A stretch of DNA of 64,000 bases from Nitrospinales bacterium (GTDB taxonomy: Bacteria; Nitrospinota; Nitrospinia; Nitrospinales; VA-1), in NCBI GenBank assembly GCA_965223795.1, contig CBDCXL010000002.1, forward strand, positions 2,656,001 through 2,720,000. The letters are read 5' to 3'. The number at the start of each line of letters is the position of its first letter. Within the stretch, counting starts at the first letter, position 1. A model generated the notes under the pieces. The model ran no database searches. It saw nothing but the letters and a program-made list of their open reading frames with translations, and was not told where the DNA came from. A program made the position numbers and the translations under genes. Positions 27,631 through 37,809 of the stretch are shown piece after piece.

Positions 27631-29748
27631 TCAGCGGACCCAGGTGAGTTCGATCCGCCGTCTCGCAATGTCCACGTCGTGAATGCGCACCGTCACCGGA
27701 TCGCCGATGGTGAAGGCGCGGTGGCGGCGTTGTCCCTGAAGCTTGTGCTCGGTCTCGAAAAAGATGTAGTAATCGTCGGTGAGGGAGGACACCCGCACCA
27801 GTCCTTCCACGAACACTTCCGAAAGCTCCACGAAAAACCCGAAGGCGGTGACGCCGGTGATGAAGCCGGTGTAGGTCTGCCCGATCTTGTCCGCCATGAA
27901 CTGGGCGCGGCGCAGGTCGATGATCTCGCGTTCGATCTCCATGGCCTTGCGTTCCGTGGCCGAGGACTGCACCGCCTGGTCGGCGATTTTCGGCAGCAGG
28001 CGTTTTTTCTCCCTCTGCGAGCACTTGCGTTTTTTGAGGAACGCCTTGAGCAGCCGGTGCGTGATCAGGTCGGGATAGCGCCGGATGGGCGAGGTGAAAT
28101 GCGTGTAGTGGTCGAACCCGAGGGCGAAGTGGCCGGGGTCCTTTTCCGAGTAGACGGCTTTCTTCATGGTCCGCAGCAGCAGCAGGTTGATGGTGCGCTC
28201 TTCTTTTTTGCCGCGCACGCGTTTGAGCAGGTTCTGCAGATCCACCGAGCGCACGTTGCGCACGCTTCTCAGCCTGAGCCCGAACGAGGCGATGAACTGA
28301 TTGAAGTCGGCGATTTTTTCCTCGTCGGGTTTTTCGTGAATGCGGTGGATGACGGGCACGTTCTTTTCGGTCAGGTAGCGCGCGATCTCCCGGTTCGCCG
28401 CCAGCATGAATTCCTCGATCAGCTCGTGCGCGTCGTTGTGCTCGGCGAGCTCGATGCCGGTGACCTTGCCGTTTTTATCCACCTGGATTTCCGGCTCGGG
28501 AATGTTCATGTCCACGCTGCCTTTTTGGAAACGGTTTTTCCTCAGGGTCTGGGACAGGGTGTGCATCTCCTGCAAGACGGGCAGGGCTTCGGAGAAGGTT
28601 CCGTCCTTATCGCCGTTTTTCAACAGTGCGGCGACCTGCCTGTAGGTGAAGCGGATGCGGCTTTTTATGGTGGAGAGGAACGGTTTCGCGCCGAGCACCT
28701 TGCCCTTCTTGTCGAAATCGATCAGCACGCTCACGGTCAGCCGTTTCACGCCCGGCTTGAGGCTGCAGGCCTCGTTGGAGAGCTGGAACGGCAGCATGGG
28801 GATGACCCCATCCGGGTAGTAGGTGCTGGTGCCGCGCTGATAGGCTTCCTTGTCGAGCTTGGAGTCCTCGCGCACGAAATGGCTGACGTCGGCGATGTGC
28901 ACGCCGAGCCGGTAGCCGCCGTTCACGATCTCCAGGGACACGGCGTCGTCGAAGTCCTTGGCCTTCTCGCCGTCGATGGTGAAGATCATCCAGCCGGAAA
29001 GGTCCTTGCGGTCCTCGTCCGCGCCGCCTTCCGCCAGCGTCTTTTCCACGCGGTCGGCTTCGCTCAGCACCTTGGGTGGAAAGTCCTTGTGCACGCCGTA
29101 TTTGCGGAAGACGGACTTGATCTCCACTTCCGGGTCGTCGGCGAAACCGAGGACTTCCGTGACGCGTCCCTGCGGCGGCTGGTGATTTGTGGGCGGTGCG
29201 TCGATCTTAACGGTCACCACCTGGCCGGGCTTGGCGCCGCTCTTGTGCCTGGCGGGCACGAACACATCGTGCACGTATTTTTCCTCCATCGGGATCACCC
29301 AGCCGTTGGTGCCGAATTTCTCGAACACGCCGACCAGCGATTCGGTGTTGCGCTTGACGATGCGGATCACCCGGCCTTCCGGCCGCTCGCGGCCGCGCCG
29401 GGTTTCCACCCGCGCGATCACCTTGTCCTGGTGCATGGCCGTGCCGGTCATGCTGCGGGCGATGTAGAGATCCTCGCCGTCCTCTTTATTGTCCGGCGCC
29501 ACGAAACCGTAGCCGTTGGGATGGCCGAGGAAGGTGCCGGTGACGAGGTTCATGGCGTCGGGCAATCCGTAGCGGCCGCCGCGGATGCGGATGAGCGTCC
29601 CCTCCGCGGCCATGTCCTTGACCTTGTTTCTGAATTCGCGCCGCTGCGTGTCGGGGATGCCGAGCTGCTTCACCAGTTCGCTGACCTTCATCGGGTGGCT
29701 GGACTTTTTGCGCAGCAGGTTGAGGATCGATTGTTCGGTGAGTTTCAT
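27631..29748 (-). CDS. rnr: Ribonuclease R
   Basis: TIDGEKAKDFDDAVS, VHIADVS, IEEFMLAAN and YTHFTSPIRRYPDL motifs; C-terminal S1 domain. Confidence 0.95.
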   Translation of the reverse strand: MKLTEQSILNLLRKKSSHPMKVSELVKQLGIPDTQRREFRNKVKDMAAEGTLIRIRGGRYGLPDAMNLVTGTFLGHPNGYGFVAPDNKEDGEDLYIARSMTGTAMHQDKVIARVETRRGRERPEGRVIRIVKRNTESLVGVFEKFGTNGWVIPMEEKYVHDVFVPARHKSGAKPGQVVTVKIDAPPTNHQPPQGRVTEVLGFADDPEVEIKSVFRKYGVHKDFPPKVLSEADRVEKTLAEGGADEDRKDLSGWMIFTIDGEKAKDFDDAVSLEIVNGGYRLGVHIADVSHFVREDSKLDKEAYQRGTSTYYPDGVIPMLPFQLSNEACSLKPGVKRLTVSVLIDFDKKGKVLGAKPFLSTIKSRIRFTYRQVAALLKNGDKDGTFSEALPVLQEMHTLSQTLRKNRFQKGSVDMNIPEPEIQVDKNGKVTGIELAEHNDAHELIEEFMLAANREIARYLTEKNVPVIHRIHEKPDEEKIADFNQFIASFGLRLRSVRNVRSVDLQNLLKRVRGKKEERTINLLLLRTMKKAVYSEKDPGHFALGFDHYTHFTSPIRRYPDLITHRLLKAFLKKRKCSQREKKRLLPKIADQAVQSSATERKAMEIEREIIDLRRAQFMADKIGQTYTGFITGVTAFGFFVELSEVFVEGLVRVSSLTDDYYIFFETEHKLQGQRRHRAFTIGDPVTVRIHDVDIARRRIELTWVR

Positions 29749-29805
29749 GCAGGAAGAGATGTGTTTATAGTAGGAAATACTTAAGAAATTGTGGTGAGGT
29801 AAGAA

Positions 29806-31539
29806 TTAATTTTGTAAATTAGCAAATACGTTATAAATAGCATCTAACTTTAATGCGATCTCTTGATCGATTAAATCATTTGGTACAAATAGTGCCAATT
29901 CATGAAAATTCTTTTTTGCCATATCATTATATAGCTCCATTTTTTTGTAGAATTCTTCAAACACAGGTACTAAAAAATCATCGCTGACTTTGACATCGCT
30001 TTCAGGGTCCCAAGGGGAACCTTTCTTCAAAGTTTTTAAAGCCGATTCTACTTTTTCAATCGATTCTTTCATGGCTTTAAGCCGACGACTCACTTCATAT
30101 TCATCATATAAAGGTCCTGCAGAGCTTTCCATACCGGATTGTTTTGCAAACTCTTCTAATGTTTCTCTTTGACATAGATAATTTTCGATTTCTTTTCGCG
30201 TCCACATTAATATATGCAATGGTGGTTCTGCCGAGGGGCTTTCTTCGAGTCGATCAAAAATTGCTATTCCCTTTAAATGAGGCAATGCTTCTCGTAAACC
30301 ATAAAAATGACTTTTGACTGCGCCAGGGTTATTGCCAACATATTTAACAAAAGGCCTTTGAAGAGCACTTAAAGCGTTTTTATGGTTTAATTTTTTTGCA
30401 AATGCTCGAAGTATTGCTAAATCTGTTGATCCTTCTAAATAAACAACCCAACCATTTTGTTCTCCTTGATAATATTGGTCCCACCCGATTTCGTTTAAAG
30501 ATTTTTTTACTTGACTGCCTTGGTCATTGATACGATGTGGCTTCCCGACAAACGCTACAACTACGTCTCTCCCTGCAGCTTCATTAAGCAATACTTCAGA
30601 ATGACTTGCTGCAATAATTTGACTTCCAGTTTCTTTTGCAACATCGGTGAGTAATTGATAAATTTCTTTTTGTCTTAAAATTTCCAAATGAGCATCTGGT
30701 TCATCCAGCAATAGAACAGTTTCTCTATTTGCGTACATATATGAAAGAAGAAGTAGAGTTTGTTGAAGACCCCTTCCGGCTGATGATATGTCTAAATGGG
30801 CAGACTTTTCAATGTATCCCATGGTGATTTCTCCACGTTCAGGAATATATGAAGGAGTATCCAAAGTAACACCAAATAGGGACATTGCTTGATCTACTAA
30901 TTTTCCCCAAGAATCATTTTGTTCATCGTAAATTATGTAACATAAGTTCCTAAGTACTTCAGCGGTTCTTCCTTCTCCTATTCGAACATCAATTGCCCCT
31001 TTATCAAGTTTTGTTTCATTTGAAGTTAAACCTGACATTGGAGGAAGAAAAGCTACTTTTATATTGCTTGCGATTTCGGGAATAGGGAATCTTTCTATAG
31101 GTGCTTTTTCTGACTTTCGAAGGGGGCGACAAAAAAAAGATTCCTCGTTTGCATAATCAAATTCCAGTCCACATTCCCAATTCACATTTTTTGTGGTTCC
31201 TTCGACAATAATATCTACTCGAATATTTTTAGTTTCCTGTTTTCCATTGAGCTTCTTCACATCTCTGACACGCAAATTCCTCCATAAAAGATTGGCACTG
31301 GAGATTGGGATAGAGACTAAATCACGTCTATTGATAGTGACTCCAGGGCGTTGTTCGGGAGTTTTTTTCCCTTTTCGCTTTTCCGACCAACGTTTTAGCC
31401 CCATTTCCCAAAGAGCCAGCGCTTGAAGAGCCGTGGTTTTTCCTGAATTATTTGGGCCGATCAACACAACCGGATTGCCAAGCTCAACTTCGACCGTTTC
31501 AAATCTTTTGAAGTTTTTTATCGTAATTTTTGTGAGCAT
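29806..31539 (-). CDS. OLD-like ABC ATPase + TOPRIM nuclease, AT-rich and probably horizontally acquired
   Basis: Walker A GPNNSGKT, signature SSAGRG, Walker B LLLDEPDAHL, H-loop ASHS; TOPRIM-like YLEGSTD, IFDR and RKEIENY. Confidence 0.8.
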   Translation of the reverse strand: MLTKITIKNFKRFETVEVELGNPVVLIGPNNSGKTTALQALALWEMGLKRWSEKRKGKKTPEQRPGVTINRRDLVSIPISSANLLWRNLRVRDVKKLNGKQETKNIRVDIIVEGTTKNVNWECGLEFDYANEESFFCRPLRKSEKAPIERFPIPEIASNIKVAFLPPMSGLTSNETKLDKGAIDVRIGEGRTAEVLRNLCYIIYDEQNDSWGKLVDQAMSLFGVTLDTPSYIPERGEITMGYIEKSAHLDISSAGRGLQQTLLLLSYMYANRETVLLLDEPDAHLEILRQKEIYQLLTDVAKETGSQIIAASHSEVLLNEAAGRDVVVAFVGKPHRINDQGSQVKKSLNEIGWDQYYQGEQNGWVVYLEGSTDLAILRAFAKKLNHKNALSALQRPFVKYVGNNPGAVKSHFYGLREALPHLKGIAIFDRLEESPSAEPPLHILMWTRKEIENYLCQRETLEEFAKQSGMESSAGPLYDEYEVSRRLKAMKESIEKVESALKTLKKGSPWDPESDVKVSDDFLVPVFEEFYKKMELYNDMAKKNFHELALFVPNDLIDQEIALKLDAIYNVFANLQN

Positions 31540-31767
31540 ATATAGAAGGTATTGCTGAGATATGAAATGTAAGCAGATTATTCATAAAGTTATTGAGATT
31601 CTTGATCCAAAATTTCCTAATAGGTAATTTAAGTAACTATCGATGCAGTATATATATGAATCTTTAAAGCCATTCAATATTTATACTATCCGAGCTGGGA
31701 ATATTTAGTTTTAAAAATATAATTGGGAAATTAGGCAATTTGTAGAGAGGCTGCACAGCCCGGATTT

Positions 31768-31796
31768 TTGCTTTTTCGCCGCAGGTCTCTTATAAT
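31768..31796 (+). promoter_or_regulatory. Sigma70-type promoter of pheT
   Basis: TTGCTT-N17-TATAAT. Confidence 0.65.
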
Positions 31797-31828
31797 TCGG
31801 CATTTGTTTCTAATGATATGGAGTGGTT

Positions 31829-33910
31829 GTGCTGATCGAGCTGGACTGGTTGAAAGAGTATGTCGAGGTGGATCTCGACGCCGGGGCGCTGGCCCACGCG
31901 CTGACGATGGGCGGGCTGGAACTGGAATCGCTGGAAGCTGTGGCCTTGTCCGACGGCGCGAAGCGGGAGGTGCTGGAACTCAACGTGACGCCCAACCGGG
32001 GTTACTGCCTGAGCTACCGGGGCGTGGCGCGCGAGACGGCGGCGCTGCTGAATCTCCCCTTGAAGCTCGGCACGCCGGAGCTTGAGAAGCACTGGGGCGA
32101 AACGCCGGTGGAAAAGGCGGTCACGGTGCTCAATCAGGAACCGGAGCTGTGCCCGCGCTACGCGGCGGTGGTGATCGAGAACGTGACGCCGGGGCCGTCG
32201 CCAAAATGGCTCGCCGACCGGCTGACTTCGATCGGCCTGCGTCCCATCAACAACATCGTCGACATCACCAATTTCGTGATGATGGAATACGGCCAGCCGC
32301 TGCACGCGTTCGACCGGGAGCTGCTCACCGACAAGGCCATCGTGATCCGGCGCGCCTATAATAACGAAGCGTTCACCAGCATCGACGGCACGAAGATGAC
32401 GCTGAATGAGGACGCGCTGGTCATCGCCGACGCGAAAAGAGCGGTGGCGCTGGCGGGGATCATGGGCGGCGCCAACAGCGAAGTTTCCAACGACACCCGC
32501 AACGTGGTTTTAGAGAGCGCCTGCTTCGATCCGGTGACGGTGCGCAAGGGCTCGAAGAAGTACGGGCTGCGCAGCGATTCCTCCTACCGCTTCGAGCGCG
32601 GCGTGGACATCGACGGCGTGATCGAGGCGCAGGCGCGGGCGGCGCTGCTGATCAAGGAACTGGCGGGCGGCACCCTGTGCCGCGGCCGCATCGACGTGTA
32701 CCCCAAGCCGCGCGCGGCAAATACCGTCGCGCTGCGGGTGGACCGGGTGAACCGGGTGCTGGGCACCGGATTGACTTCGGATACTCTGCGCGGTTATCTC
32801 GACCGGCTGGGAATGCCGTGGCAGGAGAAAGCGGGCGATCTAACCGTGACGCTGCCGAGTTTCCGGCCGCAGCTTACAAGAGAAATCGACCTGATCGAGG
32901 AAATCGCCCGGCTGCACGGCTACGACAACGTGGCGGTCACCTCGCCGCGGGCGGAAGTCTGCCCGGTGCGCTTCACGCGCAAAAAAGAAGGCACGCGCAC
33001 CGTCAAGGACACGCTGTCCAACCTGGGTTACGCGGAGACGATCCATTACAGCTTCATCGAGGAGAACGCCGCCAGCGATTTTCTGCCGGCGTTCGGCGGC
33101 AACGGCGCGCAGACGATCCCGATCAGCAACCCGCTCAGCAGCGAGTGGTCCACCATGCGGTCGAGCCTGCTGCCGGGATTGATCGCCACGGCGGCGCGCA
33201 ACGTGAGCAAAGGGCAGAAGCCGGTGCGCATCTTCGAAGTGGGGGAGGTGTTCTACCGCTCCGGGAAAAACGGACCGGCGGTGGAAACGACCTGCATCGC
33301 CGCGCTTTTGAGCGGCCAGCACGAAGCCCGCCTGTGGAAGGACCCGGCGAAGCACTATGATTATTTCGATCTCAAGGGCGCCCTGGAAACGCTGATGGCG
33401 CAATTCAAGGAACGGCTGGAATTTGCCGATGCGAAACGGCCGTTTCTGAGCGCGGGGAAATCCGTCGACCTTAAGCTCAACGGCGACACGGTGGGTTATC
33501 TCGGCGAACTGTCGCCGCAGTGGGGGCGCAAGTTCGGCCTGGAGCAGCCGGCGCTGGTGTTCGAGATCGATTTCGACGCGATGGTGGCGAAGCTGCCGGG
33601 ACCGCCGCGCTTTGAGCCGATCCCCAAGTTCCCCGGCGCTTACCGCGACATCTCCGTGCTGGTGGACCGGTCGGTGCCGTCTAAGGCCGTCCAGGACCTG
33701 ATCGCGCAAACGAGCGCGCCGCTTTTAGAGAGCGTGGACCTGTACGATCACTTCGAAGGAAAAAAAATCGCCGAGGGAAAAAAGAGTCTGACCTTCGCGC
33801 TGCGCTTTCAGTCGCAGGAGAAAACGCTCACCGATGATGAAGTGAACCCTGTGTTCGAAAAAATCGTCCAGGCGCTTTCCGAAAAACTGGGTGCGTCGCT
33901 CAGGCAATGA
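31829..33910 (+). CDS. pheT: Phenylalanine-tRNA ligase beta subunit (short form lacking the B2 OB domain)
   Basis: WLKEYV, LNVTPNRG, PINNIVDITNFV, QPLHAFD, SYRFERG and DLIEEIAR motifs; C-terminal KKSLTFALRF anticodon-binding domain. Confidence 0.95.
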   Translation: MLIELDWLKEYVEVDLDAGALAHALTMGGLELESLEAVALSDGAKREVLELNVTPNRGYCLSYRGVARETAALLNLPLKLGTPELEKHWGETPVEKAVTVLNQEPELCPRYAAVVIENVTPGPSPKWLADRLTSIGLRPINNIVDITNFVMMEYGQPLHAFDRELLTDKAIVIRRAYNNEAFTSIDGTKMTLNEDALVIADAKRAVALAGIMGGANSEVSNDTRNVVLESACFDPVTVRKGSKKYGLRSDSSYRFERGVDIDGVIEAQARAALLIKELAGGTLCRGRIDVYPKPRAANTVALRVDRVNRVLGTGLTSDTLRGYLDRLGMPWQEKAGDLTVTLPSFRPQLTREIDLIEEIARLHGYDNVAVTSPRAEVCPVRFTRKKEGTRTVKDTLSNLGYAETIHYSFIEENAASDFLPAFGGNGAQTIPISNPLSSEWSTMRSSLLPGLIATAARNVSKGQKPVRIFEVGEVFYRSGKNGPAVETTCIAALLSGQHEARLWKDPAKHYDYFDLKGALETLMAQFKERLEFADAKRPFLSAGKSVDLKLNGDTVGYLGELSPQWGRKFGLEQPALVFEIDFDAMVAKLPGPPRFEPIPKFPGAYRDISVLVDRSVPSKAVQDLIAQTSAPLLESVDLYDHFEGKKIAEGKKSLTFALRFQSQEKTLTDDEVNPVFEKIVQALSEKLGASLRQ

Positions 33911-34062
33911 CAATATTTAAAAATCCCTTCATGAGTTGGACGGACAAAAAAAGGGATGTTCGCACTGTCTCCCTGAACTCGTTGAAGGGGGCTGCATCCT
34001 GCTTAGACCGGCTCCGCGTCAATGATAAGAGAACATGCCAAAGTTCTTTCACGGGTTGATCA

Positions 34063-34091
34063 TTGACACCTCATAATGCCGGTGCTACGAT
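34063..34091 (+). promoter_or_regulatory. Sigma70 promoter of zapB-zapA
   Basis: TTGACA-N17-TACGAT with an extended -10 TG. Confidence 0.7.
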
Positions 34092-34097
34092 TCTGAT

Positions 34098-34376
34098 ATG
34101 AAAGCGGAAAAGATTGAAAAATTGTCTTTCCTGGTCACATCCATCGTCGAAGAACTGCATCAGCTCAAAACCGAAAACCAGAAATTGAACGAACGGATCC
34201 TGGAACTCGATCAACAGTACCAGGCCGCGCACGCCGTCCAGGAGCAGGCCGAAAAGGAGCTGGGAGTTCTCGGCAACCTGAGAGCGATGAACCAGAAGAT
34301 GGAGAAAGATCAAACCCTGATCCGCGCCAAGGTGCAGACCATTCTGAACGATCTCAAGCAGATGGACTGCTCCTGA
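34098..34376 (+). CDS. ZapB-like coiled-coil cell division protein
   Basis: 92-aa heptad-rich protein directly upstream of zapA. Confidence 0.7.
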   Translation: MKAEKIEKLSFLVTSIVEELHQLKTENQKLNERILELDQQYQAAHAVQEQAEKELGVLGNLRAMNQKMEKDQTLIRAKVQTILNDLKQMDCS

Positions 34377-34427
34377 ACTTGCCCGAGCCGGACGAACGCC
34401 GGATGCCCGGCCCCACTCACCACCACG

Positions 34428-34721
34428 ATGAATTCAAGCACAGAGATCAAAGTGCACGGCAAGACCTACCGCATTAAAAGCGGTTCGTTCTCCGTGGACC
34501 CGCAACAGGTCGCCAACCTGGTCGATTCCAAGATGCGCGAACTTTCCGGCCCGAGCGGCGGCACGTCCACGCAGGATCTCGCGGTGCTGACCGCGCTCAA
34601 TATTGCGCACGATTATCTGGAACTGCGGCGCAAGATGGCGGAGACGGAAACGTCCGATGAAACGCAGCTTGACCGGCTCATCGCCATCGTGGAAAAAGAG
34701 GTTGAAAAGATTAAATCCTGA
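34428..34721 (+). CDS. zapA: Cell division protein ZapA
   Basis: IKVHGKTYRI, VDSKMREL and LAVLTALNIA motifs. Confidence 0.9.
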   Translation: MNSSTEIKVHGKTYRIKSGSFSVDPQQVANLVDSKMRELSGPSGGTSTQDLAVLTALNIAHDYLELRRKMAETETSDETQLDRLIAIVEKEVEKIKS

Positions 34722-34798
34722 GCGTTTTCGCGGTTTGAATAATTCTTGAGAGGCCGGGGTGTTTGTGATAGGATTGGGGTAAGAAAAAGAAAAAGGTC

Positions 34799-34977
34799 GC
34801 TTCCCTGTTATGTGCGTATAAGAATTGTATTTTTTGAGCCAACATTTTGTAAAAGGGGTTGATGAATCTGTTGCGGTGAGCAGGCCTTTCACGAGGAAGC
34901 CTAAAGCAGCATACGGATACCCCACCTGTCCTTGACAGGTTCAAAAAATGGTTTTTGTACGGCATGAACGGGGAAGC
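34799..34977 (+). ncRNA. ssrS: 6S RNA
   Basis: About 180 nt between zapA and ygfA, the canonical position. Ends pair (gcttccctgtt/aacggggaagc); inner stem ttttttgagcc/ggttcaaaaaa flanks a central bubble. Confidence 0.85.
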
Positions 34978-35515
34978 TTCTTTTTGCAGTGAACGTGCAA
35001 AGGGGCTGAAACGGCCAATTGCGAACGGTATGATGACAGCGGGGACATTGGCAGCGCTGATTGTGGATTGGGTGTCGCGCTTGTTCGCGATGCCATCGAC
35101 GGCTGGAAGTATTTTGCGGAGCGACGATTCTGAACGGAACCTGGGTTCCGTTTTTCGTGATAATTGGTTTATCGGTTCTTTTGATTCATCCCGCCTGAAT
35201 GTCCGGGGAGGTCTTATGCCTCTTCGCGTGCCATCCGTTCACCGCCCCCGCAGATCGTATCCCTTCTGAAGCAGTCCGTTTTACCGGTTCCATTTCCGGT
35301 GATTTCACCTCCTTGGCCCGATTCGTCTTTACCCCGCGCAACGTGAATTTTTGAGCGAAAATGAGTGCCTGGAGGCGGATTTTCGCGTTTCAGGGCGAAA
35401 AACGCCCCCAAAAGCCGCAGATTCAGGTAAAAGCTCTTTTAATTCAGGCGCTTATTTAGTAAGTTCGAATAGGGCCGGTGCGCGCCGGACTCAACCGCAA
35501 TCCCCGGATGCCCTT

Positions 35516-36097
35516 GTGACGTCCATCAAGGAGAGGAAAGCTGCGATCCGCTCGGAAATGAAGCGGATGCGCAAGCGGCAAAACCCGGAAACCGTGCGGA
35601 CAAAAAGCCGCGCGATCGCGCAGAGGCTTTTCGGGCTCGACGCGTTTGTGGCGAGCCGGAACCTTCTTATATATATGTCGCTTCCCGGTGAAGTGCAGAC
35701 CGGGGACATGATTAAGGAAGCCCTCGATCTTGGAAAGCGGGTCTGTGTTCCCGTTCTCGCCGAAGGCGGCAGGCTCGATGTGTCGGAGATCCAGAGCCTG
35801 GATCTGGATTTTGCGGTGCGCGCGCTGGGCGTGCGGGAACCCAAAGATTCCGATCGCATCGCGGTGGACCCGAAGCTTCTGGATTGCATCGTCATTCCGG
35901 GGCTGGCGTTCGATGCGCAAGGCGGACGGATCGGTTTCGGCGCCGGTTATTTCGACCGGTTTCTGGCCGGGGTTCCCAAAACGGCGCAGCGGGTGGCGCT
36001 GGCGTTCGACTTTCAAATCCTGGAGTCGCTGCCGCAAACCCCGCAGGATGTTCCGGTGCACTGCATTTTGACGGAGACTACCACCATAAACTGCTGA
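35516..36097 (+). CDS. ygfA: 5-formyltetrahydrofolate cyclo-ligase
   Basis: KAAIRSEM, GEVQT, GKRVCVP and IPGLAFDAQGGRIGFGAGYFDRFL motifs. The GTG start at 35516 is a best guess. Confidence 0.9.
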   Translation: MTSIKERKAAIRSEMKRMRKRQNPETVRTKSRAIAQRLFGLDAFVASRNLLIYMSLPGEVQTGDMIKEALDLGKRVCVPVLAEGGRLDVSEIQSLDLDFAVRALGVREPKDSDRIAVDPKLLDCIVIPGLAFDAQGGRIGFGAGYFDRFLAGVPKTAQRVALAFDFQILESLPQTPQDVPVHCILTETTTINC

Positions 36098-36145
36098 ACC
36101 CGAGAACGGGTTGAGGGGTTTATTTCATATAGAAAGGTCAGGGAA

Positions 36146-37732
36146 ATGGATTTTTTCCTCAATGTGAATGTCAATTTCATCACCCTGCTTGTGGGGATGT
36201 TCGTCGCCCTTGTGGCGGGTTATATCGCGGGTTATTTTCTCCGCAAACTGCTCACCCAGTACCAGATCAAGGAAGCCGAGGAAGCCAGGCAGAAAATCCT
36301 GCGCGACGCGGAGGATGAGGCTAAAAACCGCCTCAAAACCGCGGAGATCGAAGCACGGGAAAAACAGCTGGCCGCGAAAAGCGAATTCGACCGCGAGATG
36401 AAGGCGCGGCAGGACGAGCTGCGCCAGCAGGAGATGAAGCTCATTAAAAAGGACGAATCGATCCGCCAGGAGTCGGACCGGGTGCGCGGCCGCGAACGGG
36501 AAGTGGACAAGCAGTTGAGCCAGCTGTCCTCCCGCGAAGATATGGTGAAGCAGGAAAAGGAAAAATACGAAAAGTTGATCCAGGAGGAGCTGTCCAAGCT
36601 GGAAGGGATCAGCTCCTTCACCGCCGAGCAGGCGAAAGAGGAGATCAAAAAGAAGATCCTCGACGAGGCCAAGATGGACGCGGCCCGCGAGGTGAAAAAG
36701 ATCGAAGAGAAGGCCAAGTCCACCGCCGAGGAGGAGGCGCGCAAGCTGATCACCATGGCGGTGCAGCGGATCGCCTCCGATCACGTGGCGGAAAGCACGG
36801 TGTCGGTCGTGGAGCTGCCGAACGACGAGATCAAGGGCCGCATCATCGGCCGCGAAGGCAGGAACATCCGCGCTTTGGAGCAGTGCACCGGGGTCGATCT
36901 GATCATCGACGACACGCCGGGCGCGGTGGTGCTTTCCGGCTTCGATTCCATCCGCCGGGAAGTGGCCAGACGCTCGCTGGAAAAGCTCACGCAGGACGGC
37001 CGCATCCACCCGGGGCGCATCGAGGATGTGGTCAAAAAATGCCAGAAGGAAGTCACCCAGCAGATCAAGGAAGCCGGCGAGCAGGCGATTCTGGACGTGG
37101 AGATCGACAACGTGCATCCGGACATGGCCCGGCTTTTGGGCCGGTTGAAATACCGCACGAGCTACACCCAGAACGTGCTCGAGCACGTCAAGGAAGTGTC
37201 CTGGATCTGCGGCACAATCGCCGCGGAGCTGGGGCTCGATGTGATGCTCGCGAAAAGGGCGGGGCTGTTGCACGACATCGGCAAGGCCATCGACCACCAG
37301 ACCGACGGCACCCACACGCAGCTGGGCGTCGAGGTGGCCAAGCGCTACAACGAGCACAAATATGTGGTCAACGCCATTGCCGCGCACCACGAGGACGTGG
37401 AGCCCGAGTCGATGTACGCGGTGCTGGTGGCGGCGGCGGACACGATTTCCGCTTCCCGGCCGGGCGCCCGGCGCGAGATGCTGGAAACCTACGTCAAGCG
37501 CATGTCCAAGCTCGAGGAGATCGGCGACTCCTACAAGGGCGTCGAGAAGACTTACGCCATCCAGGCGGGACGGGAGGTGCGCATCATCGTCGTTCCCGAC
37601 GGGATCACCGACGAGGAATCGCATCTGCTGGCGCGGGACGTGGCGAAACGCATCGAGAAGGAAGTCACCTATCCGGGGGAAATCAAGATCACCGTTGTCC
37701 GCGAGCGGCGCTTCACGGAAATCGCCCGCTGA
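36146..37732 (+). CDS. rny: Ribonuclease Y
   Basis: N-terminal TM helix, coiled coil, KH domain KGRIIGREGRNIR, HD domain LLHDIGK, ISASRPGAR. Confidence 0.97.
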   Translation: MDFFLNVNVNFITLLVGMFVALVAGYIAGYFLRKLLTQYQIKEAEEARQKILRDAEDEAKNRLKTAEIEAREKQLAAKSEFDREMKARQDELRQQEMKLIKKDESIRQESDRVRGREREVDKQLSQLSSREDMVKQEKEKYEKLIQEELSKLEGISSFTAEQAKEEIKKKILDEAKMDAAREVKKIEEKAKSTAEEEARKLITMAVQRIASDHVAESTVSVVELPNDEIKGRIIGREGRNIRALEQCTGVDLIIDDTPGAVVLSGFDSIRREVARRSLEKLTQDGRIHPGRIEDVVKKCQKEVTQQIKEAGEQAILDVEIDNVHPDMARLLGRLKYRTSYTQNVLEHVKEVSWICGTIAAELGLDVMLAKRAGLLHDIGKAIDHQTDGTHTQLGVEVAKRYNEHKYVVNAIAAHHEDVEPESMYAVLVAAADTISASRPGARREMLETYVKRMSKLEEIGDSYKGVEKTYAIQAGREVRIIVVPDGITDEESHLLARDVAKRIEKEVTYPGEIKITVVRERRFTEIAR

Positions 37733-37809
37733 CGGGCCCCTTACCTTAAACCGGGCCGGAGCGATCCGGCCCTCCTGCAGGATCGCGGATCGAATCCGCG
37801 TGCCGGTAC

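Noticed and set aside
27484..29784. Long antisense ORFs (also 119-943, 2702-4684, 36125-37624, 57676-59493 and others)
   Set aside because: Mirror frames of real high-GC genes with no recognisable motifs.
29770..31740. Prophage or IS origin for the AT-rich inserts
   Set aside because: No integrase, transposase, terminal repeats or target-site duplications were seen.
34955..35269. 104-aa ORF after zapA
   Set aside because: Overlaps the 3' end of the 6S RNA, TTG start, atypical composition.
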